A DNA stretch of 64,000 nucleotides from a virus. Taxonomy: Duplodnaviria; Caudoviricetes. Where the stretch lies: the IMG/VR virus record IMGVR_UViG_3300034410_000589, positions 1-64,000 of that record, one strand, 5' to 3'. How positions within the stretch are numbered: the first letter of the stretch is position 1; every line of letters starts with the position of its first letter. The notes under the pieces are model-generated. The model was not told the origin of the DNA. It searched no databases and saw only the letters and a program-made list of their open reading frames with translations. Shown here piece by piece: positions 26,939 to 38,000 of the stretch. The position numbers were made by a program, and so were the translations under genes.

Positions 26939-26946
26939 TATTTACC
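26939..26946 (-). promoter_or_regulatory. Late promoter variant GGTAAATA
   Basis: Intergenic, upstream of AAGGAG SD of 26044..26910. Confidence 0.55.
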
Positions 26947-26949
26947 AAG

Positions 26950-27978
26950 TTAATCCCTCCAAGACATCGTTGCTGAACTTTGTCCATTAACTCCTTTAGC
27001 ATTAAGGCTTGCGCCGCCTGTAATACTCTGTCTAGTAGTGTATGTAAATTTAGCACTACTTACAACGTGTGAACCTTGATACCAGCCAACAGCATAGCCC
27101 CAATCTTGCCCTGCAATCATGTTTTCTTCACCACCGTAATAACCTTTTGCTCCAATAACGTCCTGTGTAGTATCGTTGTAAAAGTTTGTTTCTCTCCAGT
27201 TTGTACTTGGATTAGTTTCACGCCCGCCTATCATGTTAGCATGTTTGAACATCAAACAATGTTGATGTTTGTCACCTTGTGGCGCTGTAGCACTACGAGA
27301 AACTGGTGTTTCTGTAGCCCATTTAAATGCTTGGTTATTGTTTGTCCATATGCCATAGTTTTCGTGCTGTAGTCCCCAAATACCACCTGAGCTATTTGAG
27401 TTTCCATATTGTGAGCCAAGTGTTTGAGTAATCATATTAAAACGTCTAATTTGACTACTGCCACCACCTGTTATCCATGCTGTTTCTAATCCTTGCTGGA
27501 TAATACCAATATTGTTACAACTCCAAGTGTGTGTTCTAGTGTAACCACTTGTTAGGTTATTTTCTGTTCTGTGATTGTAACATGTAATACCATTTGAGCT
27601 TGCACAGTGAGCGTTAGCAGCTCCACCGACAGTCCAACACAAGTTTGTATTGTGCATACTGTCTTTGTAGTTGTGACCTCTTTCTTGTTTGCCCGGCACG
27701 TCAACTGTAGTATCTGTAGCAAAGAATGACTTGTTAGTTTCGTCCCAAACAACACTTGAAGCATATCCGCCATGTATATAACCTACTGTTATAATTTGTC
27801 TAGTAAGAAAAGGTATGGCCATGTTAGTCCACTGACCGCCATCTTTATCGTGATAAACTTCTACTCTACCAAAACTACCGTTGTATCTTATATCGCCTGC
27901 TTCGTGTACACCGTCGCCTGCACCCGGTAATGTTAAGTGACCAGTATCATTGATATTTGTATTTTTTAAATTAGCCAT
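26950..27978 (-). CDS. Fibre/receptor-binding protein with Kelch-like beta-propeller C-terminus
   Basis: MANLKNTNINDTGHLTLP anchor, GDIRYN module, GYIHGGY and repeated G/W-rich blades. Confidence 0.55.
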   Translation of the reverse strand: MANLKNTNINDTGHLTLPGAGDGVHEAGDIRYNGSFGRVEVYHDKDGGQWTNMAIPFLTRQIITVGYIHGGYASSVVWDETNKSFFATDTTVDVPGKQERGHNYKDSMHNTNLCWTVGGAANAHCASSNGITCYNHRTENNLTSGYTRTHTWSCNNIGIIQQGLETAWITGGGSSQIRRFNMITQTLGSQYGNSNSSGGIWGLQHENYGIWTNNNQAFKWATETPVSRSATAPQGDKHQHCLMFKHANMIGGRETNPSTNWRETNFYNDTTQDVIGAKGYYGGEENMIAGQDWGYAVGWYQGSHVVSSAKFTYTTRQSITGGASLNAKGVNGQSSATMSWRD

Positions 27979-29936
27979 TAATTATCTCTCCATGCTCCTA
28001 GTCCTGAACTTGATCCTGCTTTACCTTTTGGCTCCATAGAAGTTCCGCCTTGGAAACCTGACTCAGTATAATAGTTCCAACGGAAACTTAAATTATTCTG
28101 AGCTCCGTTAAAGCAACCTAGCTGATAAGCATGGTCTTGACCCATTGTAAAGTTTTCTTCTCCACCGTTTACTGGTTTAGTGTAAGTGTTTGCTGTTGAT
28201 CTTGTGATCCAGTTTGTTCTACGGAAGTTTGCACCACTTGCATAACCGCCTTCGTTACCTGCCCAACAATAGTTTAATTTACTATTTAAAGACTTTTGTT
28301 GGTGATGGTTACTTGGATATGTTCCACTCCATGTACCATATGTTTCTGTACTAAACTGGAATGTTGTACCATCATTATTTCTAGTAAACATTCCTTCATT
28401 TTCCCAACTCATGCCCCATGCTTGCGATGTTGATCCACCTGGTGCACCAATACCTACAGTTGATTGTGTTTCAGTAAGCATGTTGTATCTATCAAGCTCT
28501 GCACTACCTGATGTCCATGCCATATAGTGTTCGTTCCATACAGTGCCGTCTTGTAATTTATTGCCACTTAGGTTTCTATCAAATGTACCAGTATACTGTT
28601 GGTCAGTACGCATGTTAAATCCAATAACATAATTTGATTGTACAGCGTGTCCGTTACCTGCACCAAATACCCATGCTACGTTTTTACTACATGCACCTGA
28701 TTGATAGTTAAATGAACGTTCTAATGAATTGTCACCTAAATTAACTGTTGTATCTGTTGATATAGCACATCTGTTAACGTTGTTCCACGCACTTGAACTT
28801 TTATATCCGCCTAACATATAGTTAGTTGTAATATGTGTTCTTTCTTTAAACGGTATTGCTAAACTTTGCCATGTAGCATCAGAACTGTAAAATTCTGGTT
28901 CTCCGCTCTCTGTGTTAATTCTTAAAGCGCCTTGAAGTGTTTCGTCAGTTGCTGAAGTAGTATTATACTTAATAATTACAATACCAGATCCGCCATTACC
29001 GCCAAAATTGTTGGAGTTGTAGTGAGCACCACCGCCTCCACCACCGCCAGTGTTTGCGCCTGCATTGCCGCCTGGAGTGTTAGCCCATGTACTTGTGCCG
29101 CCACCGCCTCCGTCTGCGCCGTTATTATAACCTACACCGCCATATGTGCTACCAACAGCACCGCCACCGCCGCCACCTAGGCCGCCGTCGCCTCCAGTGT
29201 TTGAATAGCCTGAGCCACCGCCGCCTCCACCAAAGAAAATAGTTTCTCCAGTGAGTTTAATTTCTGCACCTTTACCACCGTGTGGTCTTGGATATGATTT
29301 ACCAGGTTCGCCGGCTCCACCGCCGCCACCGGGATACCAATAACCTGAACCCCATGATCCATCATGCCCTTGTTCTGGATATATTGATCTACCTCTGGCA
29401 CCACCACCGTAGCCGCCATTACCAATTAATCCATTATCGTTAATTGTTCCGTTTGCACCACCGCTTGGAGGAACAGCACCACCTGCAGCTCCGCCACCCG
29501 ATGCTCCATCACCTGCTGGTGAAGTTGATCTATCGTGAGCACTTGCTCCACCACCACCGCCATATGCTGTGATAGTTCCAAATACTGAATTGCCGCCGTT
29601 GCTACCTCTAGCTTGGCCTACGCCTGCTGAAGCGCCAACGCCTCCGCCTCCAATTGTAATTGAAATACTTTGTCCTGGTTCTGTTGGATATGTACCATCA
29701 TAAACTACACCTCCGGCGCCACCGCCGCCGCCCATGTCTGAGCCGCCTCCGCCGCCTCCACCAACAACAAGTACTTCTACATCGTATACGTTAGCTGGAA
29801 CAGTCCAACTTGTAGCGCCTACACTAGTAAAATACACAAGCGTTCCTGCTACAGTTGCTAGTCTTTGCCCTTCTGAACCAACAGGCAAACTTAGATATCC
29901 TGTGTCATTAATTACTGTATTTTTAAGTATAGCCAT
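27978..29936 (-). CDS. Fibre/receptor-binding protein: Gly-rich domain plus Kelch-like propeller
   Basis: MAILKNTVINDTG anchor; VEVLVVGGGGGGG...GGSGIVIIKY Gly-rich domain; C-terminal half is a paralogue of 26950..27978. Confidence 0.6.
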   Translation of the reverse strand: MAILKNTVINDTGYLSLPVGSEGQRLATVAGTLVYFTSVGATSWTVPANVYDVEVLVVGGGGGGGSDMGGGGGAGGVVYDGTYPTEPGQSISITIGGGGVGASAGVGQARGSNGGNSVFGTITAYGGGGGASAHDRSTSPAGDGASGGGAAGGAVPPSGGANGTINDNGLIGNGGYGGGARGRSIYPEQGHDGSWGSGYWYPGGGGGAGEPGKSYPRPHGGKGAEIKLTGETIFFGGGGGGSGYSNTGGDGGLGGGGGGAVGSTYGGVGYNNGADGGGGGTSTWANTPGGNAGANTGGGGGGGAHYNSNNFGGNGGSGIVIIKYNTTSATDETLQGALRINTESGEPEFYSSDATWQSLAIPFKERTHITTNYMLGGYKSSSAWNNVNRCAISTDTTVNLGDNSLERSFNYQSGACSKNVAWVFGAGNGHAVQSNYVIGFNMRTDQQYTGTFDRNLSGNKLQDGTVWNEHYMAWTSGSAELDRYNMLTETQSTVGIGAPGGSTSQAWGMSWENEGMFTRNNDGTTFQFSTETYGTWSGTYPSNHHQQKSLNSKLNYCWAGNEGGYASGANFRRTNWITRSTANTYTKPVNGGEENFTMGQDHAYQLGCFNGAQNNLSFRWNYYTESGFQGGTSMEPKGKAGSSSGLGAWRDN

Positions 29937-29948
29937 TTATTATTTTTC

Positions 29949-30806
29949 CTAATTATACGGGTTATATGGTAGATCAAATCTTTCAGCATGTGCTTGAAAA
30001 TTATGATAAACTTCCATATCATCTAACGGTCGGTCATACACTGCAAAGTATGCAACATCATGATTTCCTAGTGAAGTAGCCGTAGTTCTTGGGTTACTTC
30101 GTCCATTTATTTTTGGATAATTGTCAGGTTGATTTTGCAACACACCGTTATTGTAATTATTATCTGTTTGACGTAAACGACCGTTAACATATGCTCTAAC
30201 TCTATTACCGTCATATGTTACCACACTGTGATAAAAGTCACTATTATTAATAGCGCCAGTTGAAGACCAATACCAACTTCTGTCTGTTGTTTGCCATGCC
30301 CATTGAAAATCATTACCAGATGTTTGAACTTCCCAGCAACTTTCTTTGTTAAAAAGAATATTTCCACTGTTAGTGAATCTTCTAAACACAACTTCTACAC
30401 TATTATAATCTAACTCGTTACATGTATTTTCGCATGCAGCATGATCTGATGTATCAAATCTCCAATAACTTTTGTATCCGTCATTCGTGTATGTTGGTGA
30501 GCCATAAAAATCAAAATCTCTATTTGCTACAACGCCCATGCTTTTCCAACGAGATGCTGTTGTTCCATCTGAACTTGCATCTATGCTTGCATCTAATTCT
30601 ATATATCTATTTCTACCACCTTTAGGTAATCCTCTACCAGTAGATAAATCAAACCAAAAACCATGATAATAACATTCAACATAACCTAAGTCTGAATTAT
30701 ATCGTATCGAACCTTCTGGTGGAAATGTTGGACGTTGTGCTGTTGTACCCTTAGGTAACGTAATTGCCCCAACATCACTTATAACTGTGTTCTTTAGTTC
30801 GGCCAT
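29949..30806 (-). CDS. Fibre protein with ConA/LamG-like lectin domain
   Basis: MAELKNTVISDVG anchor; FYHSVVTYDG..VRAYVNG...AVYDRPL.D.EVYHNF. Confidence 0.75.
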   Translation of the reverse strand: MAELKNTVISDVGAITLPKGTTAQRPTFPPEGSIRYNSDLGYVECYYHGFWFDLSTGRGLPKGGRNRYIELDASIDASSDGTTASRWKSMGVVANRDFDFYGSPTYTNDGYKSYWRFDTSDHAACENTCNELDYNSVEVVFRRFTNSGNILFNKESCWEVQTSGNDFQWAWQTTDRSWYWSSTGAINNSDFYHSVVTYDGNRVRAYVNGRLRQTDNNYNNGVLQNQPDNYPKINGRSNPRTTATSLGNHDVAYFAVYDRPLDDMEVYHNFQAHAERFDLPYNPYN

Positions 30807-30809
30807 GTA

Positions 30810-31748
30810 TTACCCCAGTTTCTGCTTTACTGTATCAAGATCTTCTTTTAATGATTTAATTGCTTCAATTAAGTATGCTCCAATTTTTGTATAGTAAACG
30901 CTTTCTGCATTTTCTGTAACAAGTTCTGGAATAACTTTTTTAACATCTTCTGCAATCAACCCAGGTTCATTTGTTGTTGAACCATCTTTTCTATCATATA
31001 TAACTCCAGCCAATTGTACAATTTTATCTAATGCATTTTCAATTGGTTGTACGTTTTCTTTAAGTGCAATACTTGATGTTTCTGTAATTGATGCTGCTTG
31101 TAGTGCGCCGCCAACGTAACATGCACCTGCAATTCCTACGCCGCCTGCAACTCTAAATGCACCTGTTGTAGTACTTGAACTTGCTGTGTTTTCTGGGACA
31201 TATACTTGTCCTTTTGTACCTGCACTTGTACTGTATAATATCAAACTGTTGCCGTTGCCTTCGCCGCCTGTAAGTGTACTTACAAACAAATTACCTGTAC
31301 TCGGCTGATATGCAAGTTTGTTATTACTTACATTTACACCTGTAATTGAACCACTGTCAGATGATGTAAACAATAAGTAGTTATTATTATTTGCTGTACC
31401 TGTGTCATTAGTAACACTGATACCGGGTGTTGTCCAACTTAGTGCGCCTGCACCGTCGGATGTTAATACCTGTGTGTTGTTTCCGTAACCGTCTGGCAAA
31501 CTAAATGTTAAGTTACTTGAAACAGTAGCAGGGCTTTTAAGTGCTACCCAATTACTATTGTCATCATCGCCAAGTTTTAATGTTGAACCACTATTTACTT
31601 GTAAGTGTCCAACCACTTTGGTTTCGCCTGCGCCGTTAGGATTTAGTATCAAGTCAGCATCAGCGTCCAAAGTTGTTACAGTATTATCAAGTATTAGTGA
31701 TTTACCTAATACCGGATCACCTGCTGTTCCTATTCCTATCTTACGCAT
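30810..31748 (-). CDS. Tail fibre with C-terminal intramolecular chaperone (peptidase S74-like)
   Basis: SSIALKENVQPIENALDKI..L.GVIY...GLIAEDV..VIPELV...YTKI..YLIEAIK. Confidence 0.8.
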   Translation of the reverse strand: MRKIGIGTAGDPVLGKSLILDNTVTTLDADADLILNPNGAGETKVVGHLQVNSGSTLKLGDDDNSNWVALKSPATVSSNLTFSLPDGYGNNTQVLTSDGAGALSWTTPGISVTNDTGTANNNNYLLFTSSDSGSITGVNVSNNKLAYQPSTGNLFVSTLTGGEGNGNSLILYSTSAGTKGQVYVPENTASSSTTTGAFRVAGGVGIAGACYVGGALQAASITETSSIALKENVQPIENALDKIVQLAGVIYDRKDGSTTNEPGLIAEDVKKVIPELVTENAESVYYTKIGAYLIEAIKSLKEDLDTVKQKLG

Positions 31749-31758
31749 TATATCTTCC

Positions 31759-32079
31759 TTATACTGTTGATGTTTCTAAACCGTAAACTACAGCTGAAAC
31801 GTTTAAACTGTTGCTGTATACAACAACTTTCTTTCCTGCGTCCAATACAAGTCCTGATCTTTCTAGTGTACCGTTACCTACTAATTCAGTATCATATTCG
31901 ATCCACTCTCCACCAGTTGGTGTATCAGCACTAGCCATTGCAACTCTAATCGTTCTGTTACCTGCGTCTCTATTACATACGCTAAGTGTAACAACAGCGA
32001 AATGATCTGCAGGCACTTCGTATACCGTTGTATTTGTAGCCGCTAATAAATCTGCTACGCCTAATCTTCCGTTTGCCAT
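31759..32079 (-). CDS. Small beta-sandwich virion protein (paralogue family A)
   Basis: T.VY.VP...LSVCN...I.YDT.L....TL...LVLDAG..V.V; similar to 46036..46365 and 58250..58621. Confidence 0.6.
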   Translation of the reverse strand: MANGRLGVADLLAATNTTVYEVPADHFAVVTLSVCNRDAGNRTIRVAMASADTPTGGEWIEYDTELVGNGTLERSGLVLDAGKKVVVYSNSLNVSAVVYGLETSTV

Positions 32080-32094
32080 TTTAATTTTTCTCCA

Positions 32095-35000
32095 TTATCT
32101 TAAAAAGTACTGGTATGCTAAAGGATATCCTGTAACAGGACCAGTAAAGTTCATGTTTGCTGTAATATTTATCAACTCTCCACTTGCCGTTGTTATAATG
32201 TTTGAACTAATAAAAATGTCACCAGCTGTAACACTGTTTACGTTCAACGCGGCGCCGCCGCCACCAATTTGTGCTTCAATGTACGCTTTAATCGCACGTT
32301 GAGTTGGCACAACACTGTCGCTGTTGGCTGTAAAGAATGGGTCAGTACTAAATTCACTTACCGCAGCCGAGTTACCACCTAGTGTAACTTCACCTAGTGT
32401 AAGTTCTTGTAGACCTGCAATATTGAACGCTTCAGCATTCAAGTTTGCAACACCAGTTGCCTGTTCAATTTGGAACAAGTCACCAACTCTAAAGTTACCA
32501 TCTTGGTCAGTTGATGTAAAGAACACTCGTCCTCCATCGACATCAAATGTTTCTTTAGTTTGATCTGGATCTTGCGTTGGTAGTCCAGGATAATTTGTTT
32601 CTGCGAAACTACCTGTACCAATGTCTAGGAAATCGTGTCCTGTTAGACGTACTTGAGAGTATCTAATTCTTGAAGTTACTCCGTCACCGTCTGTAGGTGC
32701 GTCTCCAATTGTCATTGCCGGACTTAATTGTAAGAATGCTGTATGTGAACCTGGGTTAGTTCCTAAGAAACTAACAACAGTAACCAACTTAAAGAACTGT
32801 CCAGGTAAACTAGCAAATGTAATGTTTGATCCTGGAACTGGTCTTTCTGTTAAGCGTTTTACAGCAACAAATGATCCGTTTTGTAAGAAGTCTGCATTAC
32901 CATTTGATGTTTGTGCATCAACTTCCATGCTTGCAGCACTAAAGCCTGTACCTCTATCTGCAAAACTAGGATTACTTAATGCTCCGTCACCAAGTCTATT
33001 TTGGAATACAACATCGTCAATGTTGTTTGGATCAGTAATAGTAATAGTTGGCGGTGTGCCACCGTAACCACTTCCTGGTTCTGCTAGTTTTACTTCAAAT
33101 ATTTTCTCGTTTGCAATGTTTACTCGTCCTCTTGCTCGCGCACCAATTTTGTTTGATGCTACTTGAGTTGTTGTTCCGTCTGCTATTGCTAACCAGGCAG
33201 GCTCTCGGTTTATGTTACCAAATGCCGCTAGTTTGTAGCCGCTTACGTTTGCTGTAACAGTAATGTTATCCCAAAGTAAGCCATACTCACTGTATGCAAC
33301 ACTATTTGTATCTGCACTTGTTACCATAAACATACCTTGTCCGTAACAAATGTCTGTTGGTAATGCCGCACTTTCTGTACCAATTGTAGTTGCTGTCCAG
33401 TTAATACCATCTAAACTGTAAGCTGCGTTAACACTGTTGTCTGCTATTGCAATGAATCTACCATTACCCCAAACAACTTTGCTCCAGTTTGAACTTGCTG
33501 GTAAAGTTGCTGCTGTCCAACTAATGCCGTCTGCTGACCAAGCCGCTTGGTTTGATCCTGTGCGTACAGTAACGTATAAGCCCATTCCTCTAGTAATACT
33601 TGTAAATCCTGTATTAGGCAATGCACTACTTGTAAGAGTCCAACTTGACCCTGCGTTATCTGAGTAAGCAATGTCAGTGTCATTTTGTCCAATTACAATA
33701 AATCTATTTGTACCTGAGCCTATGTAACCATACTGTACGTCAACACCTGTTGATGTATCTAATCCACCTGGTAAAGCTGAAGTACTAAATGTTGATAAGT
33801 CTTGGCTTAGTACAGCATTACTAGATCCTGTTGCAACAGCAACAAATGCACTTGACTTAAACTGTGAGCTTCCGTCATTTAATAATCCTGTTGTAAATCT
33901 ATCACATTGTTGTGGAAGTGTTACATTACTCCAAGTTGCAACGTCTCCGCTTGTAGCCGCTGAAGTATCGTCACTAAGTGCAACAAATTTACCTTTGGCT
34001 CCAATACCAGTGAAGTCAAAGTCAATAACTTCTCCGCTAGTACCAATACTTGTTAATGTAATAACTAGATCATTTTCAGGACTTGTACCACCTAGTGATG
34101 TACCTGCTACTGTAACAGTTTCTAATCTTGTATATCCACTACCTGCACTGTTTAGTGCAACATAATATTTTGATCCAACCCTATCAATGTTAAATGTAAG
34201 GTTTGAACCTGTACCTGCATAACTTGTAGGTGCTTGGTTGTTAACCTGCTCAGAAGTTTCAAAAAATCCAAAGTCTTCATAAACATTTGAAGTAATTACA
34301 ACATTTTGAGTACTTCTTGTAGGTGCTGTAAATGATACAGCTGGCTCAATTTCATAAGTTGAAGAAGCGTTTGGTGCAACAAATGTTGTACCAGGAACAA
34401 AGTGATCCCAGCCTGCTGTACCATCTGATTCTTTAATAACTGTTGCTACTTTTGTACCTGCGTCATATGTATCAATTAATGCATAAAGTCCTGCACCAGC
34501 ACCACCTACAATCAATACTTTCATACCTGGGTATGAACTGTTTAAGTTACCATCTGTAGCAGATAGTGTAATGCTTGATGCATCACCAGCCTGTGCTGTG
34601 TTACTTGCTGTTAGGTATCCACTACCACCAGCATCACCGTCAACTTGATCATCAATAACACGAGCTTGTATTAGTGCTTCATCTCTAAATTCGTCACCAA
34701 TTACAACTTCGCCACTACCTGGGCCAAATGTGTTAAATGTTACTTCAGTATAATCATTACCTGCGTGTGTAAATTCTGCTGCAAGTATTTTATCTTGGTC
34801 AGTAATAGCTGATGCTATTGTAGCATTATATTGTGTCTTGTTGTCTACTACACCTGTTGTTGGTACTTCATCTGGATCAACGCCTTCAGCAACTGAACCA
34901 AAGTCACCATATGAGTTGTTACCGTTAGTTGCACGTATACGTCCACCTGTTTCTGCAAGGTAACCAATGTGTGAGTAATATGTAAACACTGACACAAGCT

Positions 35001-38000
35001 CTGCTCTACCATTGTTAAGAATGTGTGCGCCAATACCGTCACTTATAACCTGTGTAAAGTCGTTACTAACAATTGAGTCATTACCGCCGTTATGCAATGC
35101 ACCGTCAATTCTTTGACCAGTTGCTGCATTACCAAATGTTGTACAGTTTTGTACATATGGTGAACGTGCTGTAATCCATACTCTGTTATCATCTGGTCCC
35201 CAGCCTGGATCAAGTGATGCATACGCACCTGCTGTCATTCTACTTGTACCTGCTGATGTCTCTGCTGTCATGTCACCGTTAAGACCTTCAAGTGTTTGTA
35301 GTCTTAGTCCAGTACCATTACGTAGGTAGTAGAAGTCTTCTTCTTGTGATCCTAATACGCTGTTTACATAGAATCTTGAAGCATATCTTGTTTTGTATGT
35401 TGCTGGAACAGTTAATGCAATGCCGCCTGTATATGTACGTCTGTAATTTGGTGCAAACTTAAGGTCCCACTTCATTGCGTCAATAATAGATTTGATATCT
35501 CTTTCACACAAGGTTACATTATAGTCGTAATCTTTTTCAACAGCCATTGCGCCTGTATCATCAGTTACAGTAATATCTGCACCGCCAATAGTTGCACTAA
35601 TAGTAAATGTTGTTGAACTTAAAATGTTTTTTACATAGTAAGTAGTATCTAAAGTCAGTCCGCCAACTTCAGTACCAACACCAGTAAATTTAATTGGTCT
35701 GTTTTGTCTTAACCAACCTGTGCTTGTTATAGTTAACGCACCACTTGATGCTGTTGTTGCTGTAACTGTATCTGAATAGTAATCATTTACATATGCTGTA
35801 GCTTCTTTTGCAATAAACTCTTTGTTAAGCTCAAGTTGCTGTATGCCTGCATAAACGTCTTGCTGATCAGTTGCTCTGTTAGTACCTTCGTTACTTCCAC
35901 CTAATATAATATCATTTGTTGTAACAAATGTGTTGTTGATTTGTGCTAAACTTGCCGCTTCAGAAACTTCAGCTCTTGCGGCATTTCTTGCAAACTCATA
36001 ACTTCCTAGTGTAGCATCTTTTTGTACGCCTGTAACTTTAGCACTTGGTTTTCTCAAGTAACTTATCGCCGCTACAGTTGATGCAAATGTTGTACCTAAA
36101 CACCAATCGTATCTTGCCGCGTCTAGTAAGTAACCAACATCTCTTTCACACTTTGCACTATCATATGTTAAGTTAGGAAAGTTTGCTGTAATCCAGTTTG
36201 TTGTATTTGTTTTAATTGTAGCAGCTGCTGATCCTAATAGTGAATGGTCAGTTTGTAAGCCTGCCGCGGCACCAGTAATGCTTGGATATACTATAGTTTC
36301 GCTACCAGTACCGTTATCAACAATATTGATAAAGTCGTCTAGTAAATCACCTACTGTTGTTGCACTTGCCGCATCGCCTGGTGTTCCTACTACTTGTGTT
36401 ACACTAGATTGTGTACCAGGAGTAACAGTAATGTTTCTACCTACAGTTTGCATAATGCCTTTTAGGTATCCGTAAGCTGCTAGTGTTGCCGCTTTTTGTG
36501 CCGCTGGTAAGTTTGAAGTTGCGCCTACATGATATGCTTCACCAGCATTAACTGTTTGCCAGTTACCACCGTATGTTAAATCATATGACACAGCATCAAT
36601 TAAGTATCCAACATCTTTTTTACATGCTGTTTTACTATATTTTAAATCTGGATAGTTTTCTGTAATATATCCAATTAGTTCTGCTTTTAAGAAATCTCTG
36701 TTTGCAATTAGTAGGTTCCTAGCATATCCTGCATTTGGATCTGTCATTTCGTCTGCTAATGTAAATGTTGCAATAGCTTCTTCTTTACGACCTAACGCCC
36801 AATCAGTTCTACGTCTGTATAGTCTTGCTAATTGTTCAACAGCACTTCTTACATATCCTGTTTCATTGTTAGCCAATGGATACACAGCACTTTGAGCTTG
36901 TGAATTTCCTGTAGTTGCTGTTACAGAAACACCTTCAACAATGTCACCAATAATTGCTTCTACTCTTTCAATTGCTGTGTTACTGTATAAGTAATCGCCT
37001 GCATCAGTAAGTGTAGAATTATTTGACTTTCTAGGTTGTACGTTTGTTGCACGTAGTTCGTCACCTATAACACAAGTTTCTGCTGGAACTTGTATTGGTA
37101 ATACTTCGTAATATTTGCCTGTTGCAACTTTAATAAGTACGGTATTAATTAGTCTATCTGGAATACCTGTTGCAACACCCGCTGTAATAGCATCTGTAAT
37201 AATTTTTACAAGTCCTGTGATATCACTATATACAGATTCTGCTGTAACGTTTGCATCAAATATTTGTGAAACAACTGCTGTAGAATTATCACCGTTGTTA
37301 ACTTGATAGTTTACTGCTGGTGCTGTTTGATTTAAAACTGCCTGAATAACAGTTAGTCCGTATTCAATACTTGCTTTAGTTTCTGCTTTTTGTGTTAGGT
37401 ATGGTGAGCCAACTGTATCATTTACATATGATAACGCTGCTTCTCTTGACTTAACATTGCCGCCATGTGTAATGTCGTGTATAAGTGCATCAACAATATA
37501 ACCCATGTCTCTTTCACACTTTGCACTGTCGTAATCAAAGCCTGTTGAAAATGGTGCTATATTACTTGTAATTTGTGCATCAGTCCACTCAACAATTTCA
37601 CGTTGTATAAAATATCTATTAAGATCTAACAAACGTTTTGCATTTGGATTTTTTGCTCCGTTTTCAACTTGATCGCAAGCATAACGGATTGACTTCCAAG
37701 GTCTGTCAATTGTTCGACCTGCTATAGGACTAGCCTCGTCTTTACCATGTGTAGCAACATAATAAATGTCATCTGCTACGCCTGAATATGCCCATTCTGG
37801 TGCTTGGTTTTCGCCTACTTGTAAGAACTGACCTTCTGCACCAATTGGTAATCTTGCTGGTCCACCAGCCGCATAATAAACTAAATCACCTTTAGTAGTA
37901 AGTACACTTGCTTCGTTACCAATAGCAATTACTTGCCAGTAAGTACCTGTTGTATCTAAGTCTGGACGTGAATTTTGTGCTCCACCGCCACCTGGTTGTG

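Noticed and set aside
26950-29936. Paralogous fibre C-termini as DGR template/variable repeats
   Set aside because: Divergence is extensive and not adenine-specific; no near-identical non-coding template and no reverse transcriptase in the window
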